DNA from: Folioceros fuciformis
Lineage: Eukaryota
Length of the DNA: 64,000 nucleotides
Reading direction: 5' to 3'
NCBI GenBank assembly: GCA_049999805.1
Contig: JBNGIO010006232.1
Span: 1 to 64,000 of the forward strand
The notes below the pieces were generated by a model that was given only the letters and a program-made list of their open reading frames with translations, was not told where the DNA came from and ran no database searches. This document shows positions 38,703-51,975 of the stretch, piece after piece. Both the position numbers and the translations under genes were made by a program. The stretch's first letter is position 1; the number at the start of each line of letters is the position of its first letter.

Positions 38703-39745
38703 CGAAGATGGACCGATCGAAGCTACCACAGATGCATGTATGATTATGTCCTTCGCATCCAAGCTGCCATTCACAGTAGAGTCCGTGCTGGTTCCGATCC
38801 GACCCGACCCAGCTCGGCCAAGCTTGCTCTTCCCGCAGCACCCAGACTGTCACGCAATCGGGGCTACGTGGCGGTATGCGTGCCGAAGTGTCCGTATCTT
38901 GGACGTTTTGTCTTAGACCTCACAACCCACCTTCTTGCGTAACTTTTACACGATCCCAGGAACCCACGAACGCAAAAACCGTTTTCCAACAGACAGACCC
39001 CTTTCAATTTTGACACACGGCGATGTATGCATGCAAGAACGACACACAGATACCAGACACGACACACAGGTACCCTTCGTCGATAGTGAGATTATGTGTG
39101 CGACGTAATCTTACTACTACTCTGAAGCACCGTGATTGCCTGTAGCACAAAGGAGATGCAAGTAGAGACTGCCACACCTTTCTTGGGCGATCTGAAATCT
39201 ATTATCCTACTGGACTTCTAGCACGAACAACATGAAACGATGAGGAGCTGCACAAGCCAATCTCACGTATTGAGAGCGTGGTTGAAGACTAAGTTGTCTG
39301 GGTGCCTGTGCATTGTTGTACATTACTTTCCAATTCTACATGCAAATGTTAGGAGGACAGTAACAAAATCCAGTGTCTCGGTGAGTACATTGCTGTGAAT
39401 CGCGTTCTATACTCTGTGAACCAGCAGAGGGTCCATGCCGTCCAATAGATCATTGATTTTGTTTGCACTCTCTGAATCTCGGGTACCTGTCATGACACAG
39501 AATGTGAGCAATGACTCTCGACGATCCCAGACAAACCTGATGTAGCGGGTCCAGAGGCCCACGTCCTGCCCTCGTTTGCAGCCAGCCGTGAACTCTATCC
39601 ACTTTTCGTGTTAATCTTGGCGTACTTTGGTTGGAGTCTGACACTGACAAGTTTCTCAGCCCGCTGCACCTGCTTAGGCCTGGGCCTTGCTTGTGCTAGG
39701 CATGAACTGGCGCCGAAATATGTCGGGAGAGACTGAACATGCGTC

Positions 39746-41236
39746 CTACTTCTCCTTACCCCCACCGAACATGCCTCCAAAATCTTTGCTCCCAATATTC
39801 TTCATCAAACTCTGCAAGCCTCCGACACCACCTATTTGCTGTAGCATTTGGGGTGGAAGCACCCGGCTCATATGTTGTGCATTCATATTCCTGGCCATGG
39901 AGCTCATATCTCCCTTCTTGGGTATTTTGAGACCTTTCATCTTACTCCAGATCTTGGCCAGCCTCATAAACTCTTCCAGCAGATCATGCACCTCCTTCAG
40001 AGTGCGTCCAGAACCTCGTGCCACTCTCATCATCCGTGAGGGCTCTGTCATTATTTTCGGATTCGTGCTATCGAGCTCTGCGTTTGTCATGGAGTCCATC
40101 ATGGTCATGTACTTCTGAATCTTACTCTGACTCTCTTTCTCCCGGCCCTTGGGCATGAGCTCAGCACTGAAACCTGGAATCATGGCCATCACCGAGCTCA
40201 GCGGGCCCATGTTCAGAATGTTCTGAAACTGCTCGTACATAATCCGTAAGGTGAAAGTTCCCTCCGTCAGCTTCTGCAACAGTTCTGGCTGCTGCTCCAT
40301 GGGCACCACTTCATGAATCTTGTCCATGAACCCAGACCAGTCTCCCATGCCGAGCAATCTCTGCACGAAAGGCTTCGGCTCAAACTGCTCGAACTCATCC
40401 ATATGCTCTCCAGTACCAAGGAAGATGATGGGGCTTTTCGTTGCTGCAACAGCACTGAGAGCACCACCTCCCTTCGCGTGCCCGTCCATCTTCGTCACGA
40501 TCACAGCCCCCACTGCAACACTCTGCTTGAAAGCTTGTGCTTGATCGAATGCAGCCTGTCCTATGCTACTGTCCATGGTGAAAATGACCAAGTCCGGTGA
40601 CACGGCCTCAGAAACTTGCCTCATTTCCTCAAACAAGGCAGCCTCCTGCTTGTGCCGTCCACTGGTATCCACAATAATCAGATCACAATTCTCCTTCTTA
40701 AACCTCTCCACGCCTTCCTGCGAAATTTTGACTGGATCAGTCTCCGTGTAGCTGCCAAAAAACGGGATCTTCGCCTTGGTTGCGTTCTGCTTCAGCTGAT
40801 CGAATGCTCCAGCCCTGAATGTATCTGCACACACCAACGCCGGTTTCCACCCTTTCTTCTGATAGTAATATGCATACTTGGTACAGGTGGTAGTCTTCCC
40901 CGCCCCCTGAAGTCCTACAAACATGATTATGTTCAGCTTCCCTTTCTTCGGCGTGAAAGCAGGCTTTCCTGGGTCCAGCATCGAGCACAGCTCGTTGAAC
41001 ACAGCCTGCTGGATGATCCGCCTCTTGTTGTGCCCTGCAGCCAGATCCTCCAAGTTCACTATTTTCTTGATGTTGTTCTGCATGGTCCTCACCATCTGGA
41101 ACTGCACATCAGCCTGCATCAACGCCCTGGTGATCTCATTCAAGCAATCTGCTAGCACCTTCTCGTCTATCACAGTAGCGTTGCTCATATGCTGCAGGGC
41201 CCGGGCAATCCGCCCACCAAGCTCTGCGAGCACCAT
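39746..41236 (-). CDS. SRP54: Signal recognition particle 54 kDa subunit (cytosolic), single exon
   Basis: Uninterrupted 496-aa [51 protein letters not shown] and a Met-rich M domain. Confidence 0.97.
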   Translation of the reverse strand: MVLAELGGRIARALQHMSNATVIDEKVLADCLNEITRALMQADVQFQMVRTMQNNIKKIVNLEDLAAGHNKRRIIQQAVFNELCSMLDPGKPAFTPKKGKLNIIMFVGLQGAGKTTTCTKYAYYYQKKGWKPALVCADTFRAGAFDQLKQNATKAKIPFFGSYTETDPVKISQEGVERFKKENCDLIIVDTSGRHKQEAALFEEMRQVSEAVSPDLVIFTMDSSIGQAAFDQAQAFKQSVAVGAVIVTKMDGHAKGGGALSAVAATKSPIIFLGTGEHMDEFEQFEPKPFVQRLLGMGDWSGFMDKIHEVVPMEQQPELLQKLTEGTFTLRIMYEQFQNILNMGPLSSVMAMIPGFSAELMPKGREKESQSKIQKYMTMMDSMTNAELDSTNPKIMTEPSRMMRVARGSGRTLKEVHDLLEEFMRLAKIWSKMKGLKIPKKGDMSSMARNMNAQHMSRVLPPQMLQQIGGVGGLQSLMKNIGSKDFGGMFGGGKEK

Positions 41237-41561
41237 CTTGCCACCCCTCTCCGGCTTCTCCCGGCCTCAATCAAAATCCTGGCCCGGTTAGTTGCTTTGC
41301 ACTCACGACCCTCTTCGGTTTTCGGTCAAGCAATCTAAAGTGTTCTTCCAGGAAGCGTCCTGCGCACGGAGGGCACTCCGTCAGCCGCCTGAGAGACCCG
41401 ATTTTGCTAGACGTCTTTACGCTTTATAAGTGCGTCTTGACAGGACCCAGATGCTGTGTCTATTATTTGACTTCTAGGAGCAGTCCACACCCAGTATGTA
41501 GGGTTGAGCTGGGAATATAGCCTAGACGTTTGCGACAGGTAGATTGGAAAGGGTATTCGAG

Positions 41562-43017
41562 ATGTCGTCGCCAGCTGAGTACGTTGCATGTTCTAGGCAC
41601 ATCGTCTGCGGTTGTTGTTGCGCGCTGTAAACAAATTTGGTTCTACGATAGGTGTATCTAATTCCGAGTCGTGTTGCAGCTTCTACAAGTCCCTTCCTCC
41701 AGTATGCAGGGCTTTTGGGACGATATGTGTGCTCACAACTGCGGGATACCACTTAGGATTGGTGAATCCTGCAAAATTGTCCCTTGATTGGCCGTTTATC
41801 TTATACAAGTTTCAGGTGCGTCTGCCTCCCTGTCAGGGTTTCTGACTTTCGTGTTCATTATTCGACAAAGGAGAATTTGAGTTGGTAATCGTCGTGCGTA
41901 AACAGCTGTGGAGGTTGGTGACGAATTTCTTCTGGTTGGGTCCCTTCTCCCTCTCATTTGGCTGGCATATTCTCATGATGTAAGTATGCCTTGTTGTAGC
42001 CATCTACACGGTGTCGTCTTGTTGGATCATTGCACAGCACAGAAGCAAGTCTGTGATTTTTGTAATTCGGTTTCAGAGCTTGTTCCGTGAGGATGCCTGA
42101 TCCTTGTATGACACTTTATAGATGCTGAGTTGTTATCTGATCCCATCTTCTGCTCCAGAGCTAGGTATGGTGTGCAGCTGGAACGGGGTTCGTATGCAAA
42201 GCGTACAGCAGACTTTGTTTGGATGATTATGTCATCCGTCGGAGTTCTTCTGGTACGTTGATCTGTTTCTATGAGAGTTCAACAGCGCTTTAGAGCAATT
42301 TGCTGTCGTGTGAAGGGACATGGGAGCTAAACAGTTCCATCATGCAGATCTTGCATCTTATCTCGTTCTTGGTAGGATCAACACTGTACCTTTATGCCAT
42401 GGGCAGCGTCATCGTGTTCGAAATGATGTACTTGTGGAGTAGAGAGTTCCCGACCACCAAAGTGAATTTCTTCGGACTGGTGCAGTTGCAGGTGAGCCCA
42501 TACGATGCATACTCTTACCCAGGTCGGCCTGCCACTGTTGACGAGCTTGCTGTTGAAGGCTGATATTTTGGTTCACAAGCTTGCTCGGAACTGCTGGGGC
42601 TATGGTTGCCGGCCTTTGCTCTCAATTGCTGATGTAATTCCCCTACAGGGCTTCTACTTGCCATGGGCTTTCGTGGTGGCGAACACCTTCTTCGGTGGTA
42701 GCGTTGTCGGAGACTTACTGGGCATTTTTGTGGGACACGCATACTACTTCTTGAACACCCTGTACCCCCGCCAGTCAGGAAGGCAGCTGCTCAAGACTCC
42801 CCTTTGGGTGTATCCTTTTAACACCTTTCCCATTTCCTGCCTGCATCAGTTGTGATATCGTGTTGTATGACTTTTCTGCCCGACTCCTTGACTGCATTTC
42901 AGGCACAAGCTCGTGGCCAGATGGGCCGAAGCTGGGCCACAGCATATGTCTCCTGTCCCTCCTCCAACCACATCAAGTGCCTTCACTGGTCGCAGCTACA
43001 GGCTGAATAGGGACTAG
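41562..43017 (+). CDS. DER1: Derlin-1 (ERAD rhomboid-like membrane protein)
   Basis: MSSPA(D)FYKSLPPVCRAFGT, LWRLVTNF, RYGVQLERG, YLWSREFP, GFYLPWA, GHAYYFL and the C-terminal SHP-like AFTGRSYRL; stop at 43017. Confidence 0.92.
42810..42902 (+). other. U12-type (minor spliceosome) GT-AG intron in Derlin-1
   Basis: 5' site GTATCCTTTT; branch point TCCTTGAC at 42885-42892, about 10 nt before the AG. Splicing restores KTPLWVHKLVARW. Confidence 0.88.
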
Positions 43018-43484
43018 CCTGAGCTACGGACTCAAGGGGACACAGATGGCGTGCTTTCTGGGTGTTTCAACATCTCGTCTGCTTCCATAGAGATACACAG
43101 CAGCCATCGTTCGTCCTTCAAGCAAAGGACTTTGGCATGTAGGTTAAAGTGTCTTGCCATGCCGTTGATGTGTTTGTGGCTCTGTGTTCTAGCAGTATTG
43201 ACGCAAAGAGCTTGAAAGGACTAGCTTTATGCTGGCTGTGTGCCTATCTTGAACAGAAAGGAAAGACTTTGTCAACCCATATCATTGTTAGATAAATAAA
43301 CCACACCAGATCCTTTTGTCGGAGATTGCTACACGCACCTCATAGGCCGTGGGCAGTCTCTGTCGAGTTTCAGATTTCTTTGCGATTCCCACAGAGTGGA
43401 GGGACAGCTCTCGGTACAAAAGCCCCAACAAAGGCTTCTTCGTTTCGGGCGGGTACTACACGTAAGGGGAGTTATTAACCAGAG

Positions 43485-43516
43485 TTAGGGTTTTTGAGCG
43501 TGCGGGGTTAGGGTTT
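43485..43516 (-). promoter_or_regulatory. Two telo-box (AAACCCTAA) motifs upstream of the SR gene
   Basis: ttagggttt at 43485-43493 and 43508-43516, followed by a long GA-rich leader. Function is inferred only. Confidence 0.35.
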
Positions 43517-44564
43517 GGACGCTGTGTAAGAGGACGTTCAGAACTCCTGGGAGAGTTTACTTCGAGGCGAAGTTACCGTTCTGGCAGCGCCAAGAGGGAC
43601 GCTTGTGCATGTCTTGTTCCTGCTGCAGCCAACGAGCTCGACGTGGGCAGGGTTTGGTGAGGCTGGGCTGTCGGTGGGAGGAAGGAAGGATCTGTGTGAG
43701 AGCGGCGAAGGCAAGGGAGGCCGCCGCCGCGAAATGAGGTAGATGATAGAGTGGGTGAGAAGAGAATCTGCTGTCTTGAGCAGCGTTGTGCAGAGAAGAG
43801 AGGAGAGCAGAGGGACAGAGATAGCAGAGGGGGAAGGCGGATAGTGTCGTGTGCTGGCTGCATCGAGGCGGTGTGAAGAGGAGAGAGGTAGTCAAGGTAA
43901 AGAGGCTGCCGGAGCCGTTCACCACCACTCATCACTCTTGACATCCACCCCATGTGCATGTATGTAGGCGTGGCGCTTGGAACAAGCAGAGGAGCCTAGC
44001 AGCGAGTCAGAGAGGGAGGGAGAGGAGAGGTTGAGAGTGGGAGGTAGAGGGAGCGAGGGTGTGGCTTTTGGGATAAAGGAGCGTGAGGCACAAAGGAGGG
44101 AGGGAGCGAGCGCATGTGTTTGGAAACGAGGGAGGGAGCGCACGTAATTTGCGTAAGGTGCTTCAGAAGAGAGGGCCGCAGTGGGATTATGTCCTTTGTT
44201 AATGTGTGGATATCTGAGGAGCTTCTTGGAGCAACGGAGGGAGCGATGGAGCTTCTTTTGGGGCATCGGACGGACCAAAGATGTCTTTCTTGGTTTGCCT
44301 CGTAGAATCCCGCTCCTAGCTCAGCTCTGTGCTAATGAATGAGAAGCCCCAGGGTTTGCTTTCGGGATTGTCCTTTCTCCTCCTGGCCAGCACACCAAGC
44401 CGGCTGCTGCTAATGTTGCTGCTGGTGCTTCTGTCTGAGTAGGTGGGTTGGGTCTGAGAAAGAGAGATTTTTTGTTGTTGGTCTGGACTTTCTGACTCGT
44501 TCATCTTTCTGTCGTGTTCAAAGGGTGGTGCGCAGGGGAGAGTGCGTCTGCGTAAGTTGTAATC

Positions 44565-46789
44565 ATGAGCAGCCGGGCCAGTCGCACTATTTATGTTGGC
44601 AACCTCCCTGGTGATGTGCGGGAGAGGGAGATCGAGGACCTTTTTTACAAGGTTGCGCTGCTATCTAAAAATTCTAAGATGTCAGATGAGTGTTTTATGC
44701 GATTACTGGACCTTTTCTCTTGAAGCAGCCTCCCACGTGTCATTCATTTCTCGTATGCCTGATTTGAACAGTATGGACGCATTGTCGATATTGACTTGAA
44801 GCTGCCGCCCCGCCCACCCGGCTACTGCTTCATTGAGGTATGGTTTTATATATTGTCCGCATCATTCACGTCCTCACCGGTTGGCAACCGGAGGTACTCC
44901 ATTGTGCATGGAATAACTCTTCAATGCGTGGTGAAGTTTGAGGATGCACGTGATGCTGAGGATGCGATCAGGGGACGGGATGGTTACAACTTTGATGGAA
45001 GCCGATTGAGGGTATGTATCGGGACTCTCCGAGGGAGGTACTCTGAGGTACTCTTTGCTCAGTATCTGTGTTGCATTTGCTTTCAGAGTTCTGAAATTTT
45101 TAGGTGATTGCTCTTCTGGCCGTGTCTTCCAGGTTGAACTTGCGCATGGTGGTCGTGGCCCATCATCCTCTGTTGATAGGTATAGTAGCCACAGCTCAGG
45201 AGGTGGTGCAGGAGGCGGTTTTGGTGGGGCTGGTGGAGGAGGCGGCGGTGGTGGAGGTGGCCGCGCAGGTGGTGTTTCCAGGCGCTCTGAATACAGAGGT
45301 AACTTGTTCTTTCCTGACTGCTGCTATGAAAGCAAATTTACTGGTCAACATTAGTTTGACGTGATCGAGGTTGCTTGCAGTTATTGTAACAGGGCTGCCG
45401 TCGTCAGCTTCATGGCAGGATTTGAAGGTACTGGACTTATTGTGCCCCATGGCATTCTTGTGAGTGTTTCTCTCGCTAACTTTTTGACCTGCAGGATCAC
45501 ATGCGACGCGCAGGAGATGTTTGTTTCGCACAGGTGTTCCGTGATGGTAACGGTATATTAAGCGCTTTCGCATGACATATCCAGCAGCTAGTTTTATTCA
45601 AAGTTTGAACATGTGGGTTGTCGTAGAAAGGCATGGGCTTTTATGAAGTTTGACTTAGAATTGAGTCGGGCGTCTGCGCAGGTACCATGGGAATTGTGGA
45701 CTTCACCAATTACGATGATATGAAATATGCGGTATGGGAGCACATTCTTTACGCCCATGAACTTTTCAGGATCGTGGACGCGGGTAGTTGTGTCATACCG
45801 TCTTTTCTGATCCAGATCCGGAAGCTGGACGATTCAGAGTTTCGGAACCCGTTTTCTCGTTCATTCATTCGGGTAATTGACCGTCTCCATGGGTTTCGTA
45901 TTTCTGGGTACTTCTGTTTGACTCTTCTTCAGAAGTCCCTATCCAAAGGCTGAATGTTCGTCATGTCTCATAGGTGAAAGAAGATAAAGGGTACGGCCTC
46001 CAGAGGAGTCCCTCTCGGAGCAGAAGCAGGAGCCGGAGCAGGAGGTATTGCACACTCCCTTCCCTCGCTTGTGGCTCCAGGTGGTTTCCAGCGGGCGCTA
46101 ACTTGGAATGTCTCATGTGCACAGCCGGTCAGTGAGCAAATCACCACGCAGTCGGTCACCATCTCGCTCTCGCTCCAGGTCTCCCCGTTCTGCATCACCG
46201 CGGTGAGCACCTTTTCCAGCTCACCCTTACTCTTGCTGTGGTAGAAACGATATGATAAGTTGCTAACTGAGCGGCTTCCATCGATTGGGTGGTGTAGATC
46301 TAGGTCCAAGTCTCCAACGAGACGCTCTGTACGTGACCCTTATCCTCCTTGATTTTTGTTATTTTGAGCGTTCTGTTTCATCTGATACGACGTTTTAGTT
46401 ATGTTCTTATTCGTTACTGTCGATATTTACAGCGTTCACCCTCCCCGAAGGAAAGGAGTCGAAGTCCGAGTCGCTCGCGATCACCACCTGCTCCGGTACA
46501 CCTATCTTTTCTCGGTTGGTACTTCGTAATATGACAAATTGTGTACAGGGTTTCTCAAATTTTCTGTCTCAGGCTAAGGAGCGTACTCCGAGTGAGGGTG
46601 CCAAGAGTCGGAGCAGGAGCCGCAGTCCCCCTTTCACTGCCGCGGAAGCTAATGTAGGTGTTCCGATGACTTGATCTTGTTTCGCGGACCTGTTTGCAGT
46701 TTAGAGGCCTAGGGACTAACATCATTGTTGGTTTTCAGGGAAGGACCTCAGACCGCAGCTTATCCCCAGCGTCAAACAATGATGCATGA
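44565..46789 (+). CDS. SF2/ASF-type serine/arginine-rich splicing factor (SR30/SR34-like)
   Basis: RRM1 [21 protein letters not shown]...PPGYCFIEF, Gly-rich hinge, pseudo-RRM signature SWQDLKDHMR and an RS/SP tail over many short exons. Stop at 46789 is tentative. Confidence 0.92.
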
Positions 46790-49241
46790 TTCATGCCTAC
46801 AAGGAAATAATAATCCCTGTTGCTTGCATGATCACCTATTGAAAGAGCGGAGGTCAGAGGATATTCTTAACTGGTCAGTCACATTTTTGCAGAGGACCAC
46901 CTTGCTGGTTAAGTAGACTCCTATAGTCAGAACATGTAGATAGGCTGCTGAGATGTTGGGTGTTAAGAAGTTGTTGCGTTGTGATCGTAACGAAGTGTAT
47001 TCGCTTCCTTATTTCATTTCTGGTGGCTCATGTTCTGTGCTACTGGATCATAATGGCGTCGTTGAACTTAGATATTATCTGTTGAGCGGACTCCTATCAG
47101 TCTGGATGTCGAGGAGCGAGGGGTATGTAATAGGACATCTGAAAATTAGGATATCACTGGCATGTGGATTGGAACTTGGAAGCTGCCTGGAGCTCTTCGA
47201 AGTCGGAGTTTGTGGATAAGGATGCCGAGAGGTTTTGAATTTTTTCCGAGGGCAACAACTCAGGTCCAGGCCGAGAGCAGGGAAAAGCTGGTCTCAGTTT
47301 TAGCGTGGGACAACGTCAGTGCCTGACCAGCCTGTGGCTCTGGTACAGGTGCTACCGTAGCCGGGGATTGACATCATTCTAATGTCGCGGCTGTCGTCGA
47401 GATAGCGGAAGCTACGGAACCAACGACCTTTTTGGTGCTAGTCCAGTTTAGCCATGGAGGCTTCTTGAATTACCCCACCATAACGCCCGGCCAGCAGTAC
47501 ACCGGGCGTGTAGGGCTCAGTTTTGTATCAATTGGCGGGCCAGTTACCGGCGGATCTCACTGTATAATGGATCCATAGTTCTCGCAAACGATTCGTCCAG
47601 TGTTTCGTATCCGTGTAGACTGCCTGCCCGTGACGGGGACATGTACGTACCCTAAAATGTAGAATATTTTCTATTGGGGTTTGCTCCTCCCAAAGGGGGA
47701 GTAATGAGGTGCGGAACTTTGCATATGAAACTCATTAAGCTTCACCCGGGCTGTGCCCACCGAAAAATGAAACGGGTACGAAACAAAAATGCCTCCGCAA
47801 GAAACACAAAATACGTATAAATAATAGAAAACACGTATGTAAAGGGTACAATGGTTTTCAGAGTCTTCTATTAAAACTTTCCATGCTGCAAGGAGTAGGA
47901 TGTCGAATCTCGGGTTTTTTATCTGGAGATTGCATGGTGGTCGACATGCATACTGGACCTTAACTTGCCACATGACCGATAAGATTCTCCACTTTAAGTG
48001 GCAATGATTCTCCACTATATTCTCCACTTCACAATGCAGTGCCAGTCTCTCCGGAAAGGCCGAACATATGCTACGCACTCAGATCTTGCCAGTGAAGAAG
48101 TGTTCTACATACTGATGTATACAAACAGCGTGCATCAACCTCGCGAGATTGGATGCAAAAACGTGGCGCCTGCTTCGGGGTGGAGCATCCAGCCCAGGGA
48201 CACCCACTGTCACCCAGCAATGACAAGCTTATTATTAGCTTAGCAACCTGCCACAAATCGGGCCCTACTCCACCGTCCTTGGAACATTACAGATCTGAGA
48301 AACTGTAACTGGTGTCGTGTTGCTGGAGTCTACTGCCTATCTTATCCACCTGCGACATCGGACATCGGCGTTTGGAGGTTGACCTGTCCTGGCTTTTCTC
48401 CCAGTTCTCCGCCTACACGCGTGCCTCCGCTCATGGGCCGGTCTGGTTCCATGCGGAAACCTGCAACGGCTCGGTAACGCTACGTGAATCCCAATTTGAC
48501 TGACGGACTCTGTGAAGTCCCTTCCCTGTGCATATCTACTTGTTGGGCTACGGCGACATACAGTACGTATGTATGTATGTTCCACGCAAACTAGACTAAA
48601 GCACACTCACGCAGTGGCCGGGTTCGTGAACAAATCAAGGGCGGTTGCGAGGCAGCTGGCATGAAGGCAATGTGAGAAGGAAGAAGCCTCCGAGCGATCT
48701 GCGCAACCAAAACGGAACAGGTTTTCGTCACCAGGTGGGTCTTCCAATGGAAATTTGGAATCATGCCATCATGGATGTTGTTGAAACCATACATGATTTG
48801 AGGAAACCATGTCATCAGGCACACAGGTGTACTAGTAATACATGTACCGGACCGCCTCGGTTTGTGCCGGAAGTCACGTGATGCACTCGTAGACATACCG
48901 GGACCACACTCCTGAGCATGCCCGTGTGGTGTCCCACTCTGGCTTGTCAGATTCCTGGCCGCTGGTTGCCCATCTCTGCTGCTTGCGTGCTGTCTTGGTT
49001 AAGGTCAGATTCAGTCGGCGATAACAAAGCCTGAAGCTCCAGCTTCCTGTTTCGAGATGCCACCATGTGGACAAAGAAGCTATCAAACGGCAAACTGTAG
49101 TGCCCGAGCCATGTAGCCATATAGGGAACACCCAATTCGAATGGTGGAACGTGGTATAATGTCTGGAATATGTACAATAATATAGTGGCGAAATGGTATC
49201 CTCTTGTGAGTACTCGCCTAAGTTAATGCTGGTGAAGAGAT

Positions 49242-50557
49242 TCAGACGGGGCGCAGTCCAAGAGACTTTCGGAGCTGCTCGAAGACGAAGAAAGTGATGA
49301 TGGTGTGCGGCCCAATTCGCATCCACACGGGAATGAAGCCCTTGTAGAGCCCTTGAGGACCCTCGGACTTGAGAGTTTTCCAGAAGCACTCTACGGTCGA
49401 ATTGTAAAGGGTGCCATTTCCATCAGCCTGAATAGCCTGCTGCATGATCCTGCTTGGGAGCGAGGGAAAGGGTTAGAGGCTGGGTGGGTTGGGGCAAGAG
49501 AAGAGGAGTGCAAAGGAATTGATGAGAGGATGTCTCACCTTGTCTTGACGAGGTCAACTGGAGCGATGGCGATGGCAGTCATGAGGCCTGCTGTCATGGA
49601 GGACGAGAGATGGCACAGAACTCCTTCCTCCATCCAGCCTGAGTTGAGCAGAGCATGCTTTGTGTGGTCATAGCTAGCTATCTGCACAGCGGTGAGCAGT
49701 CCGGCTCGTTGCATGGTGGGCCACACTCCACGGTACAAACCTCGCAACCCTTCCGTTTTGGCTATGGATCCCAAAGCGTGCATCGGTCCTTTGTACGCCC
49801 ACTGCTGGGAACCTGCAAGTTTGCACGTCATTCATTAAGCCGGTCCGAATTCGTTGCACCATCAAGTACAGCTGCAATATGAGTCAGTCGAGAGGTAACC
49901 TATCCCCATGGAGGGAGCTTGCATCCGGATCATGACAACATCTGTGGGATTGGCAATAGCGCTGCCAATGATCCCTGCGAATGCTCCTGCTGTCAGCTTC
50001 ACCCACAGCGGCGTGTGCGCAGGATTTTCCCCTCCAAGAACCTGGGCCCGGAGTGGGATGCCAGCATTCCATCAGACAGGCCGCACTTGGAGGAGCGAAA
50101 CCACACCACGAAACAGGTATGCGAGCATGATGTTAGCTACCTTCTTCAAAGGCTCGTATGCGCCCATGCGTATGCTAGAATAGGACGCCTCCCTCATCAA
50201 AGCCGCACCTGTGCCCTTCCACAAACCTGACACTCCCTCATCTCGGGCAATTTGGAGAATGCCTGGAAACATTCTCCGATAGCGCCTGCCCTGCGGAAAG
50301 CGCAGCGGCCAAGTGAACCCAGTGCGGACGCGCACGCAGCAAATCTGTCATCATCCTCTCAAAGTGGTTACCGTAGGTGATGAGCAACACGAAACCTGGT
50401 GAGATGAAGCAAGAGCACCGTCCAGCTGCATCCGGACTTTAATCACATTGACGGGATTGGTGACGGCTGCTCCACACATGTTGCTTATCCCCGCCAGCGC
50501 GAAAATCAGCAAATCACTCTGCGTCTGTCCCTTGTCCGAAAGGGTCAGCCCTGCCAT
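49242..50557 (-). CDS. Mitochondrial carrier family protein, UCP/oxoglutarate-carrier-like
   Basis: Three carrier signatures (NPVNVIKVRMQ, NPTDVVMIRMQ, APVDLVKTR), plus EGVSGLWKG, EGLRGLYRG and EGPQGLYKGF; five exons. Confidence 0.9.
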
Positions 50558-51975
50558 TGCACACAGTACACGAGCTGTCACACACACAATTGATCCGTGA
50601 AAACACTCCTTCCACTCACGGTCTGCAAGAGGACGGATGCTCCCGTTGCACGGCTGCCTCACACTCAATTCTCCACCAAAACTACACAAGCTGGAATCCG
50701 ATGGACGAAACTCACCCGCGGAAGGAGCCTTGAGCGCCAAGCTCGGGGAAGGGGAAGCCTGCTCCTCCATCAGAAAAGCGCGCACCGGGAAGCTCCAGGC
50801 CGAGATCTACAACAAAACACTTCACAAAACAGGGGAGTGAGGATCTCAGCCTACAACACTGCAGCGCGGCAATCCGATCCACGAGCAATTCCCGGAGCAG
50901 AGCGGATTGGAGCGGGCGGAAATGCGGAGGCGGTAACGCAGCGAGCTGCCAGTGTGAGCAGCAGGGGGAGAGATGGACGCACCTGAGGGCCGGACAGCAG
51001 GCGGGAGCGGTGGCCGCGAGAAAGGGGGTGAAGGGAGGCGGGAAGAAGCGGGTAGGGGCAGGGGTGGCCATGGCATCGCGTGAAGCCGTGGCCGTAGCAA
51101 TAGCGACCATGGCTGTAGCCAGTGGCGTCCCGTCGCGATGAAAGCGAAATATGCGAGCGAGTGAGTGAAGTGAGGCGTTCAGTCCCAGTGTGGGCCAAGG
51201 GCAGGGGCCAGGCCATGGCCAAGGCCAAGGCCGCACAACACCCGAACCAACGAAGGATCAAAGAATGAGCCAATCACCATTTCGTTAGGCGTTAGGCGTT
51301 AGGTGTCAGGCGTCAATATTCCATCCTCGTCAGCGTGGTCCGTACGCGTCATCCTCATACTGTATGAGCGGCAAGCTGAATCAGGCGTACGGGTTGCGCC
51401 TTTGCCTGATAAAAGATATGAATACCATACATACCTGGTGGGTGGCAGGCGAGAGCTGGCCTCCAACACAAGCTTTGCTTCGGGTTGCCGGTGACAGACT
51501 CCCATACATGTCCTGACGGAGTGTTGGAACCAGGGTTACACATGAAGGCTTTATTAGCTGTAAGCCTGAACATAACCTCGGAATTTCTTGGTCCAAGCTC
51601 GTAACATTACCTTACCTTGGATAACATACTTTATCACAAAGTGTCCCTTTTGAGTATAATTTCATCCACCTCAAAGTGCAAGGAGTAGGGTCGACCGGGA
51701 TTGACCCCCTTTATTGAAGCCCTCTCTTCCAGCATTTAAAGGTGTTAGACTTCAGTTTTGTGGGAAGAGAGCGTAGGAATGCTCGCGGTGCGTGACGTAT
51801 TTGGAGGAAAATTGGGGCAGTAAGATTCATAACGCGATGCAAAATCCACAAACAACACTTGGCTTGCTGAGTGAGGGGCTCGAGAACTAGTTGTTAACCA
51901 GCGTGTAGGAACCTCATCGGTCGATCAAGCCTCACTGGCCCCCAAAGCCTCCTAAAAGCTCCTCAATCATCTTTG

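Noticed and set aside
47671-49200. Possible small gene or pseudogene between the SR gene and the mitochondrial carrier
   Set aside because: Some splice-like signals, but no coherent frame or recognisable protein.
51283-51303. (CGTTAGG)3 and other scattered telomere-like motifs (e.g. 15639-15663)
   Set aside because: Too short to call an interstitial telomere; could be chance or promoter motifs.
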